A stretch of DNA of 64,000 nt from positions 16,503-80,502 of the forward strand of contig JAPPMU010000024.1 in NCBI GenBank assembly GCA_028873965.1, given 5' to 3'. The first letter of the stretch is position 1, and the number at the start of each line of letters is the position of its first letter. Shown here one piece after another: positions 55,301-64,000 of the stretch. A program made the translations under genes and the position numbers. The DNA comes from Chloroflexota bacterium (GTDB lineage Bacteria; Chloroflexota; Dehalococcoidia; Lucifugimonadales; UBA3495). The notes below the pieces were generated by a model. It made no database searches, was not told the DNA's origin, and worked only from the letters and a program-made list of their open reading frames with translations.

Positions 55301-55411
55301 GTCAGAAGCAGGATTTGCCGGATTTTGGCGATTGGCAGGATCGGAGCCGTCCAACAGTAGAGAACCCCTAATCCTGTCAATCCATCGTATCCGGTGAATC
55401 CTGCTTCTGAC
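55301..55411. repeat. MITE-like element, family 1, second copy
   Basis: GTCAGAAGCAGGATTTGCCGGATTTT... ...GAATCCTGCTTCTGAC has the same termini as 690-798. Confidence 0.8.
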
Positions 55412-55419
55412 AGATGGCG

Positions 55420-56166
55420 CTACATCGCCGTCCGCCCGCCGTCGATCACCAGCTCGCTGCCGGTCATGAAGGACGCCTCGTCGGACGCCAGGAACAGCAC
55501 GCCGTAGGCAATGTCCTCCGCCTGGCCCAAACGGCCCAGCGGGGTCCGGTTCAGCCGGTCCTCCCGGCCGCCGGCGGCCAGCAGGTCGGCGGTCATGTCG
55601 GTCTCGATGGTGCCGGGATGCACGCTGTTGCAGCGGATGCCGTCGCCGGCGTGCTGGATAGCCGTGGACTTGGTGAACAGCCGCACCGCGCCCTTGGAGG
55701 CGGTATAGGCGGAGGAGATGTGGTTGCCCACCAGGCCGGCCACGCTGGAGATGTTCACGATGGACCCGCCGCCGTTGCTGCGCATTTCGGGGATGGCGGC
55801 CTTGGTGCCCAGGAACACGCCCTTGGCGTTCACGCTCATGGTGACATCCCAGTTCTCCATGGTCGTGTTCTCGACCCGCTCCGGCATGTACACGCCGGCG
55901 TTGTTCACCAGGATGTCCAGCTTGCCGAACCGCTCCACCGTGGCCGCGATGGCGTCCTTCCAGGACTGCTCGTCGGTCACGTCCAGGTGGACGTACAGGC
56001 ACTCGCCGCCCAGCTCGTTGATCTCGGCCTCAACCTGTCGCCCCAACTCGTCGCGCAGGTCGCCGATTACCACCTTGCAGCCCTCGCGGGAGAACATTCT
56101 CGCCTCGGTGGCGCCCATTCCCCGGGCGCCGCCGCTGATGAAAGCCACCTTGTTTTCCAGTCGCAT
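55420..56166 (-). CDS. SDR-family oxidoreductase
   Basis: KVAFISGGARGMG (TGxxxGxG-type), NNAG, and YTASKGAV (YxxxK). Confidence 0.9.
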   Translation of the reverse strand: MRLENKVAFISGGARGMGATEARMFSREGCKVVIGDLRDELGRQVEAEINELGGECLYVHLDVTDEQSWKDAIAATVERFGKLDILVNNAGVYMPERVENTTMENWDVTMSVNAKGVFLGTKAAIPEMRSNGGGSIVNISSVAGLVGNHISSAYTASKGAVRLFTKSTAIQHAGDGIRCNSVHPGTIETDMTADLLAAGGREDRLNRTPLGRLGQAEDIAYGVLFLASDEASFMTGSELVIDGGRTAM

Positions 56167-56181
56167 TTCAGTACCTCGTTG

Positions 56182-56928
56182 TTATGTTTGTTGTCGCAGA
56201 TGCGCCAGTTGCTCACGGAGCCGGGCGACTTCGGCTTCGGCCGCTTGCCTGCCTGCTTCGCTGGCCTGTAATGCCGCTTCGCTGTCTTGGAGGGCGAATT
56301 CGCTTTCCTGGTGGGTCCGGAGCCATTCGCCCGTCGCCGGGTCGTATAGCCGGAGAGTCAAGTCAGGCGCTACGGCTAGATCCAATCCCAGCATTACGCT
56401 GTGGGCGCGCAGATTGCCATCGTCGCCGGTGGTCAGGGGCTGCTCCCGGTATTCCGCACCGTCCAGCCTCTCCAGCACCAGAGCCGGCGTGAAGTAGTTT
56501 CCGGTCGGATCGAAGCGCACGTATTCCGTAACGCCCATGTCGGCGTAGATGCGACGCTTTTCGGTAGCGTCCCGCCGCCAGGTTCGGGAAGAGGCGATCT
56601 CCATGATGAAGTCCGGCGCCCGGCCCTCGCGCCAGACCAGCCAGGAGTCCCGCGGGTGACGGCTGGTGACGCCAAAGACGACGAAGACATCGGGCGCGAC
56701 CCTGACGTCGTTCCGGTTCATCCGGTAGTAGATCAACATGTCGCCGCCGACGTAAACGTCCTCGTGCTCGTGGTATCGAACGCGCAGCGTGGAAACGGTT
56801 TCAGTCAGGGGCGTGTATTGCGCTTCGGATTCGGCCATGGGTTCACCGTCGGAGGATGGGTATTCGATGGTGGGGTCATCGATCTCATCCTCGTCAGGAA
56901 CCTGGGGCCTTGCGGTTTTGCTGACCAT
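56182..56928 (-). CDS. Uma2-family (DUF820) endonuclease-like protein with C-terminal coiled coil
   Basis: YPSSDGEPMAESEAQ..., APDVFVVFG, PDFIMEIASS and EKRRIYADMGVTEYVRFDP. ATG at 56928. Confidence 0.75.
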   Translation of the reverse strand: MVSKTARPQVPDEDEIDDPTIEYPSSDGEPMAESEAQYTPLTETVSTLRVRYHEHEDVYVGGDMLIYYRMNRNDVRVAPDVFVVFGVTSRHPRDSWLVWREGRAPDFIMEIASSRTWRRDATEKRRIYADMGVTEYVRFDPTGNYFTPALVLERLDGAEYREQPLTTGDDGNLRAHSVMLGLDLAVAPDLTLRLYDPATGEWLRTHQESEFALQDSEAALQASEAGRQAAEAEVARLREQLAHLRQQT

Positions 56929-56999
56929 GGATTTCGCTCCGAACGTCTGCGGTGGCGCTGGGAAGCGGCCTGTCGAAAACGGCCGCTTCCCACCGAACA

Positions 57000-57590
57000 T
57001 TATAGGCGAGGCCGGCGACGGATGCCCAAGGCGGCGACGCCGGCCAGCAGGGCCAGCGCGGCAACATCCATGGGCTTGTCGTCCGCGTCTGCGGCGGCCG
57101 CGCAGGCGCCCCCGCCGCCCGTGTCAGCCGCGGGAGTGAGCTCAGGCGGCTGTCCCGGACCCAGCGCCACGAAATCAGCAAAGGCCATCCACGCCGGGGC
57201 GGTACGGGTGCACATGCCGGTTTTGCCTTCCCGGGCATAGACGATGTATCTCCGCTCCTTTTTGAACTGGTAACCGCAGGAAATACCGCTGGCCTCCGTT
57301 TCGATGGTGATGGTTTCCCGGCGTGGTCCTTTCCACACTCGGCTGACCCGGAACTCCACCGCCACCGGGTCGGCGGACGACAGCCGGTACGGGGGATGGC
57401 CCAGGGCTCTGATGGCTACGACTTCGCCGGCGAACACGGCGTCAGCCTCAGCCAGCGCCTCGGTTGGAGAACCGGAAGGCGCGCAAAGACAGGCGTGGGC
57501 TGGCCTGGGCAACACGAACAGTGCCATCAAGCCCAGGGCGAAAACTACGGCCACGGTGGCGGCCACGAGATTGCCACGCTGCGCTCGCAC
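57000..57590 (-). CDS. secreted protein with N-terminal C-x-C after the signal peptide and a C-terminal hydrophobic anchor plus basic tail
   Basis: The signal peptide ends ..PAHA/CLCAPS (TIMP/netrin-like N-terminal pattern). The C-terminus is GGGGACAAAADADDKPMDVAALALLAGVAALGIRRRPRL. Confidence 0.55.
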   Translation of the reverse strand: MRAQRGNLVAATVAVVFALGLMALFVLPRPAHACLCAPSGSPTEALAEADAVFAGEVVAIRALGHPPYRLSSADPVAVEFRVSRVWKGPRRETITIETEASGISCGYQFKKERRYIVYAREGKTGMCTRTAPAWMAFADFVALGPGQPPELTPAADTGGGGACAAAADADDKPMDVAALALLAGVAALGIRRRPRL

Positions 57591-57828
57591 TGGACTTTGT
57601 ACATTTGCCTGGTGCAGGCGAGCGTACTGCTGAGTTGAGCGTAAATTGGGGCTGGAATTTTCCAGATGTTGGGGTCAAAACCCAACAGTGGAATAATTGG
57701 CTCAATAATCCCAGCACGAAGTGTTCCGGTTCAGCCACGAATCCAAAGTTTGTACAAAGTCCAGTCGCAATGACAAGACGGTAAGAAACCTCTCGCGGGA
57801 ACACCCCCGTGGCCGCATCACACCGATA

Positions 57829-58581
57829 CTATTGCGCGAACAGCCCGCCGTCGATCACCAGCTCGCTGCCGGTCATAAACGATGACTCGTCCGACGCCAG
57901 GAACAGCACGCCCCAGGCCACGTCTTCGGCCTGACCTACCCGGCCGATGGGCGTCCGGTCCAGCGACGCCTGCCGAGCCGCGTCGTCACGCAGCAGCGTG
58001 GGTGTGGTCATCGGCGTCTCGATGATGCCCGGGTGCACCGAGTTGCAGCGAATGCCCTCGGCCGCGTACTGGATGGCCGTGGACTTGGTGAAAAGCCGCA
58101 CCGCGCCCTTGGTGGCCCCGTAGGCCGGCGCCCGCCAGCTGCCGATCAGGCCGGCCACGCTGGAGATGTTGATGATGGAACCGCCGCCGGCCTTGCGCAT
58201 CTCAGGGATCGCCGCCTTGGTGCCCAGGAACACTCCCTTGGCGTTGATGTCGAAGATGTTGTCCCACAGCTCTTCGCTGGTGTCCTCGATGCCAACCTGG
58301 CGGTAGATGCCGGCGTTGTTCACCAGGATGTCCAGCTTGCCGAACCGCGCCACGGCGGTGTTGACGGCAGCGTTCCATTCGTCTTCGCTGGTAACGTCCA
58401 GCTTCACGAAGACGCACTCGCCGCCGGTCTCGTTGATCTCGGCTTCCAGTTGCCGGCCCTCATCCTCCAGCACGTCCGCGATGACCACCTTGCACCCCTC
58501 GCCGGCGAAGAGCCTGGCCTCGGCGGCTCCTTGGCCCCGGGACCCGCCGCTGATCAGAGCAACCTTGTTTTCCAAACGCAT
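57829..58581 (-). CDS. SDR-family oxidoreductase (paralog of 55420-56166)
   Basis: MRLENKVALISGGSRGQG, NNAG and YGATKGAV. ATG at 58581 lies 7 nt after GAGGTG. Confidence 0.9.
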   Translation of the reverse strand: MRLENKVALISGGSRGQGAAEARLFAGEGCKVVIADVLEDEGRQLEAEINETGGECVFVKLDVTSEDEWNAAVNTAVARFGKLDILVNNAGIYRQVGIEDTSEELWDNIFDINAKGVFLGTKAAIPEMRKAGGGSIINISSVAGLIGSWRAPAYGATKGAVRLFTKSTAIQYAAEGIRCNSVHPGIIETPMTTPTLLRDDAARQASLDRTPIGRVGQAEDVAWGVLFLASDESSFMTGSELVIDGGLFAQ

Positions 58582-58908
58582 TGCAAACACCTCGACCCGT
58601 ATTAGCTGCCTTTACTTCGCAACGATTCTAACGTCAGCGGAAAGGCCGTCAAGCGCAGATGACAGGGCGCTGCTTCCGGCGTGAGTTGGGTGAACAAGAA
58701 CGGGACCGCTTTTCGGGGGCGGCGTTCGGGTTGGGCTATACTAACGTGGCGACATTATCAAGAAAACATCGTTGCACGCGCACCGCTCGCCCTGGTCTGC
58801 CCATACTCTCCGGCTGCGGCAGGCTGCAACCCCACCGAAAAAGGACACGCCAACATCGCAACGCCCACCGCAGCGACAGGCCGCAGAGAGGTAAACAAAG
58901 CATGGTTC

Positions 58909-60069
58909 ATGGCCGTGCTGGCGCTTACCGTCTATGCCACCATCAGCGCCATCCTCATCGTTCCGCCGCTCCTGGTGGAGATTGCCACTGACCTGGACAT
59001 TTCGGTGGCCGTCGCCGGCCAGTTGGCCACCGCGACCTTCGCGGGGTGGGCGGTCATGGGAATCTCCGGCGGTCCGCTGTCGGACTCCTTCGGCCGGCGT
59101 CCGGTGGCCCTGGCGTGCCTGGCGGTCCTCTCGATATCAGTCCTGGCATCCGCATTCGCGCCCAACCTGGAAATCCTGCTGGCCTTGAGGGTTCTAACCG
59201 GCTTGGGAGGCGGGGCGCTCCCACCCAACATCGTGGGTTCGGTATCGGACGTGATCTCACCGGCCCGCCGGGCGCGAGCCGTGGGGGCGCTGCTGGCGAT
59301 TCAAGGGCTGGCGTCGGCCATCACCGTGCCCTTTGTCGCGGTGCTGGCGGATCTGGGCGGGTGGCAGCTGGCGTTTATCGTCTACGGTCTGACGCTGGCG
59401 GTGGGGCTGCTGGCCAACTGGCTCTGGCTTCCCGAGGCCCGGAGCGCGCGAGTTCGCAACTGGGAATTTTTCTCCAGGTACCGGTCGCTGGTGTCACTGC
59501 GGTTTTTCCGCGTCGCGGTAGCGGTTAATATTGCCCAGCGCGTCGCTTTCTGGGGCATGATCAGCTATTTCGCTGCCTACCTGATTCACACTTACGGATT
59601 GAGCATCGGCTTTGTAGCGCTGCCGTTGGCGATCTCCGCTGTGGGGCAGATGGTCGGAAGCTACTCCGCTTCGTTCGTTGCCAACCGGAGGAGCCGGGCA
59701 GTTTCCATCGCTGCGTGCACGGTATTGGGGGGAATGTGCGGCTTCCTGTTGTTCGCCTTCGACCTCGGACTCTGGGCATCGGTGGCCGCCGCCGCGGTTG
59801 GAACAGGGCTGTTGAGCATAACGTTCCCGGTCCTGGTGGCCGCCAGCACCGAGTATTCGGGAGAGTCCAAGGCCACGGGCGTGGGCCTCATGGGGTTCAG
59901 CAACCAGGCCGGAGGGTTCCTGGGCGCCGGCATTGCCGGCGCGCTGCTGGCAAGCACCGGGTACGCGGGAGTGGGATACCTGTGTTTCGCGGTGTGCATC
60001 GTCAGCGCCCTGTTGACAACCCTCTTCGGACGCCAGTTCGGCGAGACCGCGGGCCAGAGCAAGGCGTAA
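58909..60069 (+). CDS. MFS transporter
   Basis: 12 TM pattern with DSFGRRPV (MFS loop 2-3 motif). The start is uncertain (ATG 58909; the track ORF begins at 58681). Confidence 0.8.
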   Translation: MAVLALTVYATISAILIVPPLLVEIATDLDISVAVAGQLATATFAGWAVMGISGGPLSDSFGRRPVALACLAVLSISVLASAFAPNLEILLALRVLTGLGGGALPPNIVGSVSDVISPARRARAVGALLAIQGLASAITVPFVAVLADLGGWQLAFIVYGLTLAVGLLANWLWLPEARSARVRNWEFFSRYRSLVSLRFFRVAVAVNIAQRVAFWGMISYFAAYLIHTYGLSIGFVALPLAISAVGQMVGSYSASFVANRRSRAVSIAACTVLGGMCGFLLFAFDLGLWASVAAAAVGTGLLSITFPVLVAASTEYSGESKATGVGLMGFSNQAGGFLGAGIAGALLASTGYAGVGYLCFAVCIVSALLTTLFGRQFGETAGQSKA

Positions 60070-60175
60070 TCGGACACCCATGGTCTGGCTGCGCCCGCAC
60101 GGTGCCTATCCACACCACGACGCGCGACGCCCAATTGATCGGCCCCGCCATCCGTGGGACGCACTCCGGTAAAAT

Positions 60176-60721
60176 ATGGACATGTTCATTTTGCCGCGCG
60201 CGGTCGGTCTGCCGTTCCGATCGCTTTCATTTTTGCGTTTCCATCCCATCCGGGTGACGGCACTGCTCGCGGTGTCGATCTCATTGGTCGCCTGCTCCGC
60301 CGGACAGCCCGCCGCCGACTTCACCCTCACCACCTTCAAAGGCGAAGAGTTTCGCCTGTCCGAGCAGCGCGGCAACGCCGTGGTCATCAACTTCTGGTAC
60401 CCGTCATGTCCGCCCTGCCGTGACGAGATGCCCGCCTTCCAGGAGGTCTGGGAGGAGTACCAGGGGCGCAACGTGCGGTTCATCGGACTGTTTGTGCCCC
60501 AGGGGTTCGACACGGAGGTTGAAGCGCGGCAGTTTGTCGATGAGTTCGGCCTGACCTTCGACTTCGCCACCGACGTGCGCGCCCGGGTGGCCCAGGAGTA
60601 CGCGGTGCAGTTTTTTCCGACTACCTATTTCATCGACCAGGCCGGACGGGTGCACCTCATGGAAATCAGCCGGATGGACGTGGACCGCTTGACGGACATC
60701 CTGGAAGAGTTGGTGGGTTGA
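60176..60721 (+). CDS. TlpA/ResA-like thiol-disulfide oxidoreductase lipoprotein
   Basis: Lipobox SLVACSAG and thioredoxin motif FWYPSCPPCRDEMP. Confidence 0.85.
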   Translation: MDMFILPRAVGLPFRSLSFLRFHPIRVTALLAVSISLVACSAGQPAADFTLTTFKGEEFRLSEQRGNAVVINFWYPSCPPCRDEMPAFQEVWEEYQGRNVRFIGLFVPQGFDTEVEARQFVDEFGLTFDFATDVRARVAQEYAVQFFPTTYFIDQAGRVHLMEISRMDVDRLTDILEELVG

Positions 60722-61179
60722 TGGACGTCCTGGGCATCATCCTCCTGGTGATCCGGTGGGCGCATGCGCTGGCCGCGGTGGTTTGGATCGGCGGCAGCCT
60801 GTTCATGCTGCTGGCCGGCCGGCCGGCGCTGCGCACCGCCGACCCGGGCGGACTGGTGGGCCGCGCACTGGCGGCCGAGTTCCGGCCCATCGTAGTCACT
60901 GCCATCGCCGTACTCATCGTGTCCGGCGTGATCCTGACGGTGGACCGGCTGACCTCGGACGCCGCCGGCATAGCCTACACCATCGTGCTGGTCGCTAAAA
61001 TCCTGCTGGCGGTGTACGCTTTCCTTGTCGCCTGGTTGCTGCCTCGACGTCGGGATCGACCCTCCGGCGGCATCGCTGGCGCAATGACCGGGCCAGTAGC
61101 GTTGACCATCGCCGGCGTCCTGGTGATCGGCCTGGCCGACGTGCTCACCTGGTTATTCGAGAAAGGATTGGCGGGCTGA
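60718..61179 (+). CDS. hypothetical 4-TM membrane protein
   Basis: Overlaps the redoxin stop (ATGA). Four hydrophobic helices. No firm family call. Confidence 0.55.
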   Translation: MMDVLGIILLVIRWAHALAAVVWIGGSLFMLLAGRPALRTADPGGLVGRALAAEFRPIVVTAIAVLIVSGVILTVDRLTSDAAGIAYTIVLVAKILLAVYAFLVAWLLPRRRDRPSGGIAGAMTGPVALTIAGVLVIGLADVLTWLFEKGLAG

Positions 61180-61190
61180 ATCTAGCCGAG

Positions 61191-61421
61191 GTGAACGAAT
61201 TGAGAACCGACCTGCTGGACATACTGGCCTGCCCGGTCTGCCGGGGCGCGTTGACACTCGACGGGGAGACCATCGCGCCGGATGACGCACCCGACGCGGG
61301 CGAGGTTCTCACCGGAACGCTGACGTGTCCGGCGTGCCCCGAGGCTTATCCTATAAACGAGGGCATCCCTAACCTGCTGCCGCCCGACCTGCGGGACGCG
61401 GAGGCCGCGGCGGGACGGTAG
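61191..61421 (+). CDS. Trm112-family zinc-ribbon protein
   Basis: LLDILACPVCRGAL ... LTCPACPEAYPINEGIPNLLP. GTG start. Confidence 0.75.
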   Translation: MNELRTDLLDILACPVCRGALTLDGETIAPDDAPDAGEVLTGTLTCPACPEAYPINEGIPNLLPPDLRDAEAAAGR

Positions 61422-61437
61422 GTGAAGGACAGACACT

Positions 61438-61821
61438 ATGGAATACAAGGGCCGAAAGTACCGAAAACTTTACGCTCACCTGCGCAGCCTGTCTTCTCAG
61501 GAATGGAAGGCGTCATTCGATGATATTGAAGCCATCATCGGTGACCGCCTGCCCGCGTCCGCGCGACGTCACCGGGCTTCATGGGCCAACGACATCACGC
61601 AAGCCCGCGCCCGCGCCTGGCTCGCCGCTGGGTGGGAGACGGCTGACGTGGATATGGACGCCGAGACGCTGCTTTTCCGGCGAAAGCGACCACTGCTCGC
61701 CAGTCGCCGCAATCTCGATGAAATTTGGCCCGCCCGCTCCTTTGGCCCTTGGCCCGAAGGACTGAGCCTGCGGCGTGAAGACTTATACCGGGAATGGGAG
61801 CGGGTCTCTGATGTTTATTGA
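61438..61821 (+). CDS. putative antitoxin of the VapC pair
   Basis: 127 aa. The C-terminus (GPWPEGLSLRREDLYREWE) resembles VapB-type tails. It overlaps vapC by 11 nt. Confidence 0.5.
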   Translation: MEYKGRKYRKLYAHLRSLSSQEWKASFDDIEAIIGDRLPASARRHRASWANDITQARARAWLAAGWETADVDMDAETLLFRRKRPLLASRRNLDEIWPARSFGPWPEGLSLRREDLYREWERVSDVY

Positions 61822-62233
61822 CACCAATGTACTCGTGTACGCACGGAACCGCGACGCCCCTAACCACCATCTCGCGAGAGATGCGCTGCAACAGGTGGCG
61901 CAAGGCCCTGAACCCCTGCGCATCAGCCGTCAGGTAATCCGAGAGTATCTGGCGGTAGTCACACGTCCGCAGGCCTGGTCGGTTCCACTTACCAGTACCG
62001 AGGCGGTCCAAGACGTGAACTCTCTGAACGGCTCCTTCAATATACTTGCGGATGGCCCGGAGGTAATGGAGGCGTTGCTCGCATTGATCCGCAGAGTTCC
62101 GGTATCAGGAAGGCAAATCCACGACGCCAACATTGTCGCAACCATGTTGGCCCACGGGGAACGCCGGCTGCTGACGTTCAACACCAGAGATTTCCGCAGA
62201 TACGGAGACCGAATCGAGCTGGTTGCCCTCTGA
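61811..62233 (+). CDS. vapC: PIN-domain toxin VapC
   Basis: MFIDTNVLVYA ... GRQIHDANIVATM ... LLTFNTRDF carries the PIN acidic residues in order. Confidence 0.8.
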   Translation: MFIDTNVLVYARNRDAPNHHLARDALQQVAQGPEPLRISRQVIREYLAVVTRPQAWSVPLTSTEAVQDVNSLNGSFNILADGPEVMEALLALIRRVPVSGRQIHDANIVATMLAHGERRLLTFNTRDFRRYGDRIELVAL

Positions 62234-62264
62234 CGAGGTTCAGAGGTTCGGATAGACCTGTATA

Positions 62265-62295
62265 TTCAAAGGGGTGGGTTTTGAAAGCCCACCCC
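62265..62295 (-). terminator. intrinsic terminator between convergent vapC and the UGSC gene
   Basis: GGGGTGGG (62271-62278) pairs with CCCACCCC (62288-62295). On the minus strand it is followed by TTTGAATAT. Confidence 0.6.
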
Positions 62296-62323
62296 TACTT
62301 GGCGCAGCCTCATCTGTGGCGGA

Positions 62324-62860
62324 TCACCCGCCGGTCAGGATCGCCACCACCTCGGTCGCCAGACCTTCGGCCCGCTCCCGCAGAGCCGGTCGGTCCAGGT
62401 TTTCGATGGGGTGCTGGGTGAAGATCGTCGGGTAGTCTTCCGCTCCCCACATCTTGGCCATGGCGTTGGCCGTGGGAATGAACCGGTCGGTGCAAATCGT
62501 CGCGGAGGGGAGGCCAGCCTTCTCAACGTGGATTCCGTCGTGCACACTGCACGCGCTGCAGCTCCCTCAATCGCCGATGGCAACCACCACCGAGTCCACG
62601 TTGGCAACCAACTCCTCCATTTCCTTCGGGTCAGCCGGCCGCGACGCGCTGGGCTTGCGGAGCCAGCGGACTTCCCGGATTTCGTAGCGGTTGCGCAAAA
62701 CCTCCGCCAGCTCCTCGAGCAGCACGTCCGCGTTGCGCTTGCTGTCGTCGATCAGACCGACCCGGGTGCCCGCCAGCGTGTGCAGGCGCGGCGCGCCGTC
62801 GAAGGGCGCAATAATGGGTTCGGTGACCGGGTTGACCAGTTGGTAGGTTTGAGTAGCCAT
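62324..62860 (-). CDS. UGSC-family selenoprotein (in-frame TGA = Sec at 62569-62567)
   Basis: The two track ORFs (62567-62860 and 62324-62545) are in the same frame and are separated only by TGA. The read-through gives ..VVAIGD-U-GSCSACSVHDGIHVEK.., that is the U-G-S-C motif. Hairpins follow the TGA. Confidence 0.7.
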
Positions 62861-62891
62861 ATTAGCCCTCCTGGGATGATTCCTGAAGCCG

Positions 62892-63956
62892 CTAAGGTGT
62901 TTGAACTTTCTTGGTTACTGCGGTCGAGCCCACTTTCGGGCCCCAGCTCGGTATCACCGACGAGGAGTTGGACTCCTCTCCGCCGGCGAATACTAACAGA
63001 ATATCGTCCGGTTCGGGAATAAGGGACACCATTGCGGCCTCGTCGCCCGGTTCCACATCGCCGCGCAGCACCAGGCCGCGTTTCAGGTCGGCTACCGAGC
63101 GTTGGATGTTCGCGTGCAGGTACTCTCGCACTTGTTGCTTCGTCCAGTCTCGCCACAGGTTGCTGTTGCCGGCGATGGTCACTGCCACCTGGCCCTGCCG
63201 GATGCCCACCGACACGTCGCCCACTGATCCCGAGGTGGACATCGACGTTCCCAAAGAGGATGCCACGTCCGCGATGGCGTACAGGATGGGCTCGGGCCGT
63301 CCGATGGACCGCACTTGTCGGGGCGCCTCGCTGGCGAACACCGTGACCGTGCTGTCGCTGGCGTCAAAGCCGCGATCCACGTGCAGGGGCGTCCAGTGTG
63401 TCTCGCCCTCCGCCTCCGCTATGCAGTAGGTGTACTTGCCCGGATGTCCGATGACGCTGCGGTCGAACAGGCCCGGAATGGCGGCGCAGGCGTTCATCAG
63501 GATGAGCCGAATGGACCGGCCGATGGTGCCGTTGGCGCGGTTGCCGGGGCCGAACAGGTTATTGCGGCTGTTCAACCCGATCTGCTCGCGGACCGGGCCA
63601 TTCACGATGCACAGGATCGCCGCGCCGCCCATGCTGGACGACGGCCCGACCAGGTTGAACACCGGATCCAGCATCGCCTCGGTGGCGGCCAGCACCACGG
63701 GAAAATATTCGGGTACGCAGCCGGCCATCACGGCGTTGGCCGCGGCTTTCTCCACGGTGATCACCCGCCGCCGTTCCGGCAACTCTCCGATAACGTCTTC
63801 GGGGTCTCGCCCGGAGTAGCCGATGAATTCGGCAACGCGGGCGGTTGTGGGTGGAACCACGGGCAACCCGTCGCTCCAGCCCAATTCGTAGCCTTTCTCG
63901 ATGGCGGAAAGGGCGTCGTCCCAGGTGGTGGTGGTTATGTCGGTGAACGTGGTCAA
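62892..63956 (-). CDS. conserved hypothetical protein upstream of the UGSC gene
   Basis: 354 aa with plausible coding statistics, 31 nt upstream of the selenoprotein gene. No family recognised. Confidence 0.6.
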   Translation of the reverse strand: MTTFTDITTTTWDDALSAIEKGYELGWSDGLPVVPPTTARVAEFIGYSGRDPEDVIGELPERRRVITVEKAAANAVMAGCVPEYFPVVLAATEAMLDPVFNLVGPSSSMGGAAILCIVNGPVREQIGLNSRNNLFGPGNRANGTIGRSIRLILMNACAAIPGLFDRSVIGHPGKYTYCIAEAEGETHWTPLHVDRGFDASDSTVTVFASEAPRQVRSIGRPEPILYAIADVASSLGTSMSTSGSVGDVSVGIRQGQVAVTIAGNSNLWRDWTKQQVREYLHANIQRSVADLKRGLVLRGDVEPGDEAAMVSLIPEPDDILLVFAGGEESNSSSVIPSWGPKVGSTAVTKKVQTP

Positions 63957-64000
63957 ATCAATTGCCTCTGACAGATCCGGGTCGGTTGCAACGTTGGGGG

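Noticed and set aside
57590-57829. AT-richer intergenic stretch with the small hairpin TTGGGGTCAAAACCCAA as an ncRNA
   Set aside because: Short stem, with no flanking promoter or terminator signals that I can support. It is more likely just the promoter region of the 57590 gene.

Overview
A 64 kb high-GC bacterial chromosome segment. Spot counts give about 40/60 G+C in housekeeping genes. Conserved housekeeping blocks alternate with several visibly lower-GC accessory islands. Housekeeping and metabolic genes I can support: prfA-prmC, a metallophosphoesterase, a NYN/LOTUS protein, purL, purQ, a YqeY-like gene, tRNA-Leu(CAA), a luciferase-like monooxygenase, an acyl-CoA dehydrogenase, a family III CoA-transferase, an aldo/keto reductase, an amidase, gamma-glutamyltransferase, an amidohydrolase, ispH, two SDR paralogs, an MFS transporter, a TlpA-like redoxin and Trm112. 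The accessory content is dense. (1) A 15.7 kb integrated element (27109-42823) has perfect 12 bp inverted termini and 8 bp direct repeats and encodes a large serine recombinase. It splits a phosphoribosyltransferase gene, and precise excision would restore that gene in frame. (2) A low-GC four-gene operon (49924-54338) encodes a GHKL ATPase, two proteins I cannot assign, and a PAPS-reductase-like enzyme. This is my best candidate for an undescribed defence or DNA-modification system. It also has an A7 slippery run that would fuse genes 3 and 4 by a -1 shift. (3) A convergent type II R-M-like pair. (4) At least five toxin-antitoxin-like modules, one with a frameshifted toxin. (5) A UGSC-type selenoprotein gene with an in-frame TGA. 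(6) Two ion-channel genes with non-canonical selectivity filters. (7) Several REP/MITE repeat families, one copy with clear TIRs and a target-site duplication. No rRNA genes or CRISPR arrays were seen. All assignments rest on motif reading of the supplied translations and hand inspection of the DNA. No database search was run. Many long antisense ORFs in the track are high-GC shadow ORFs and are not called.
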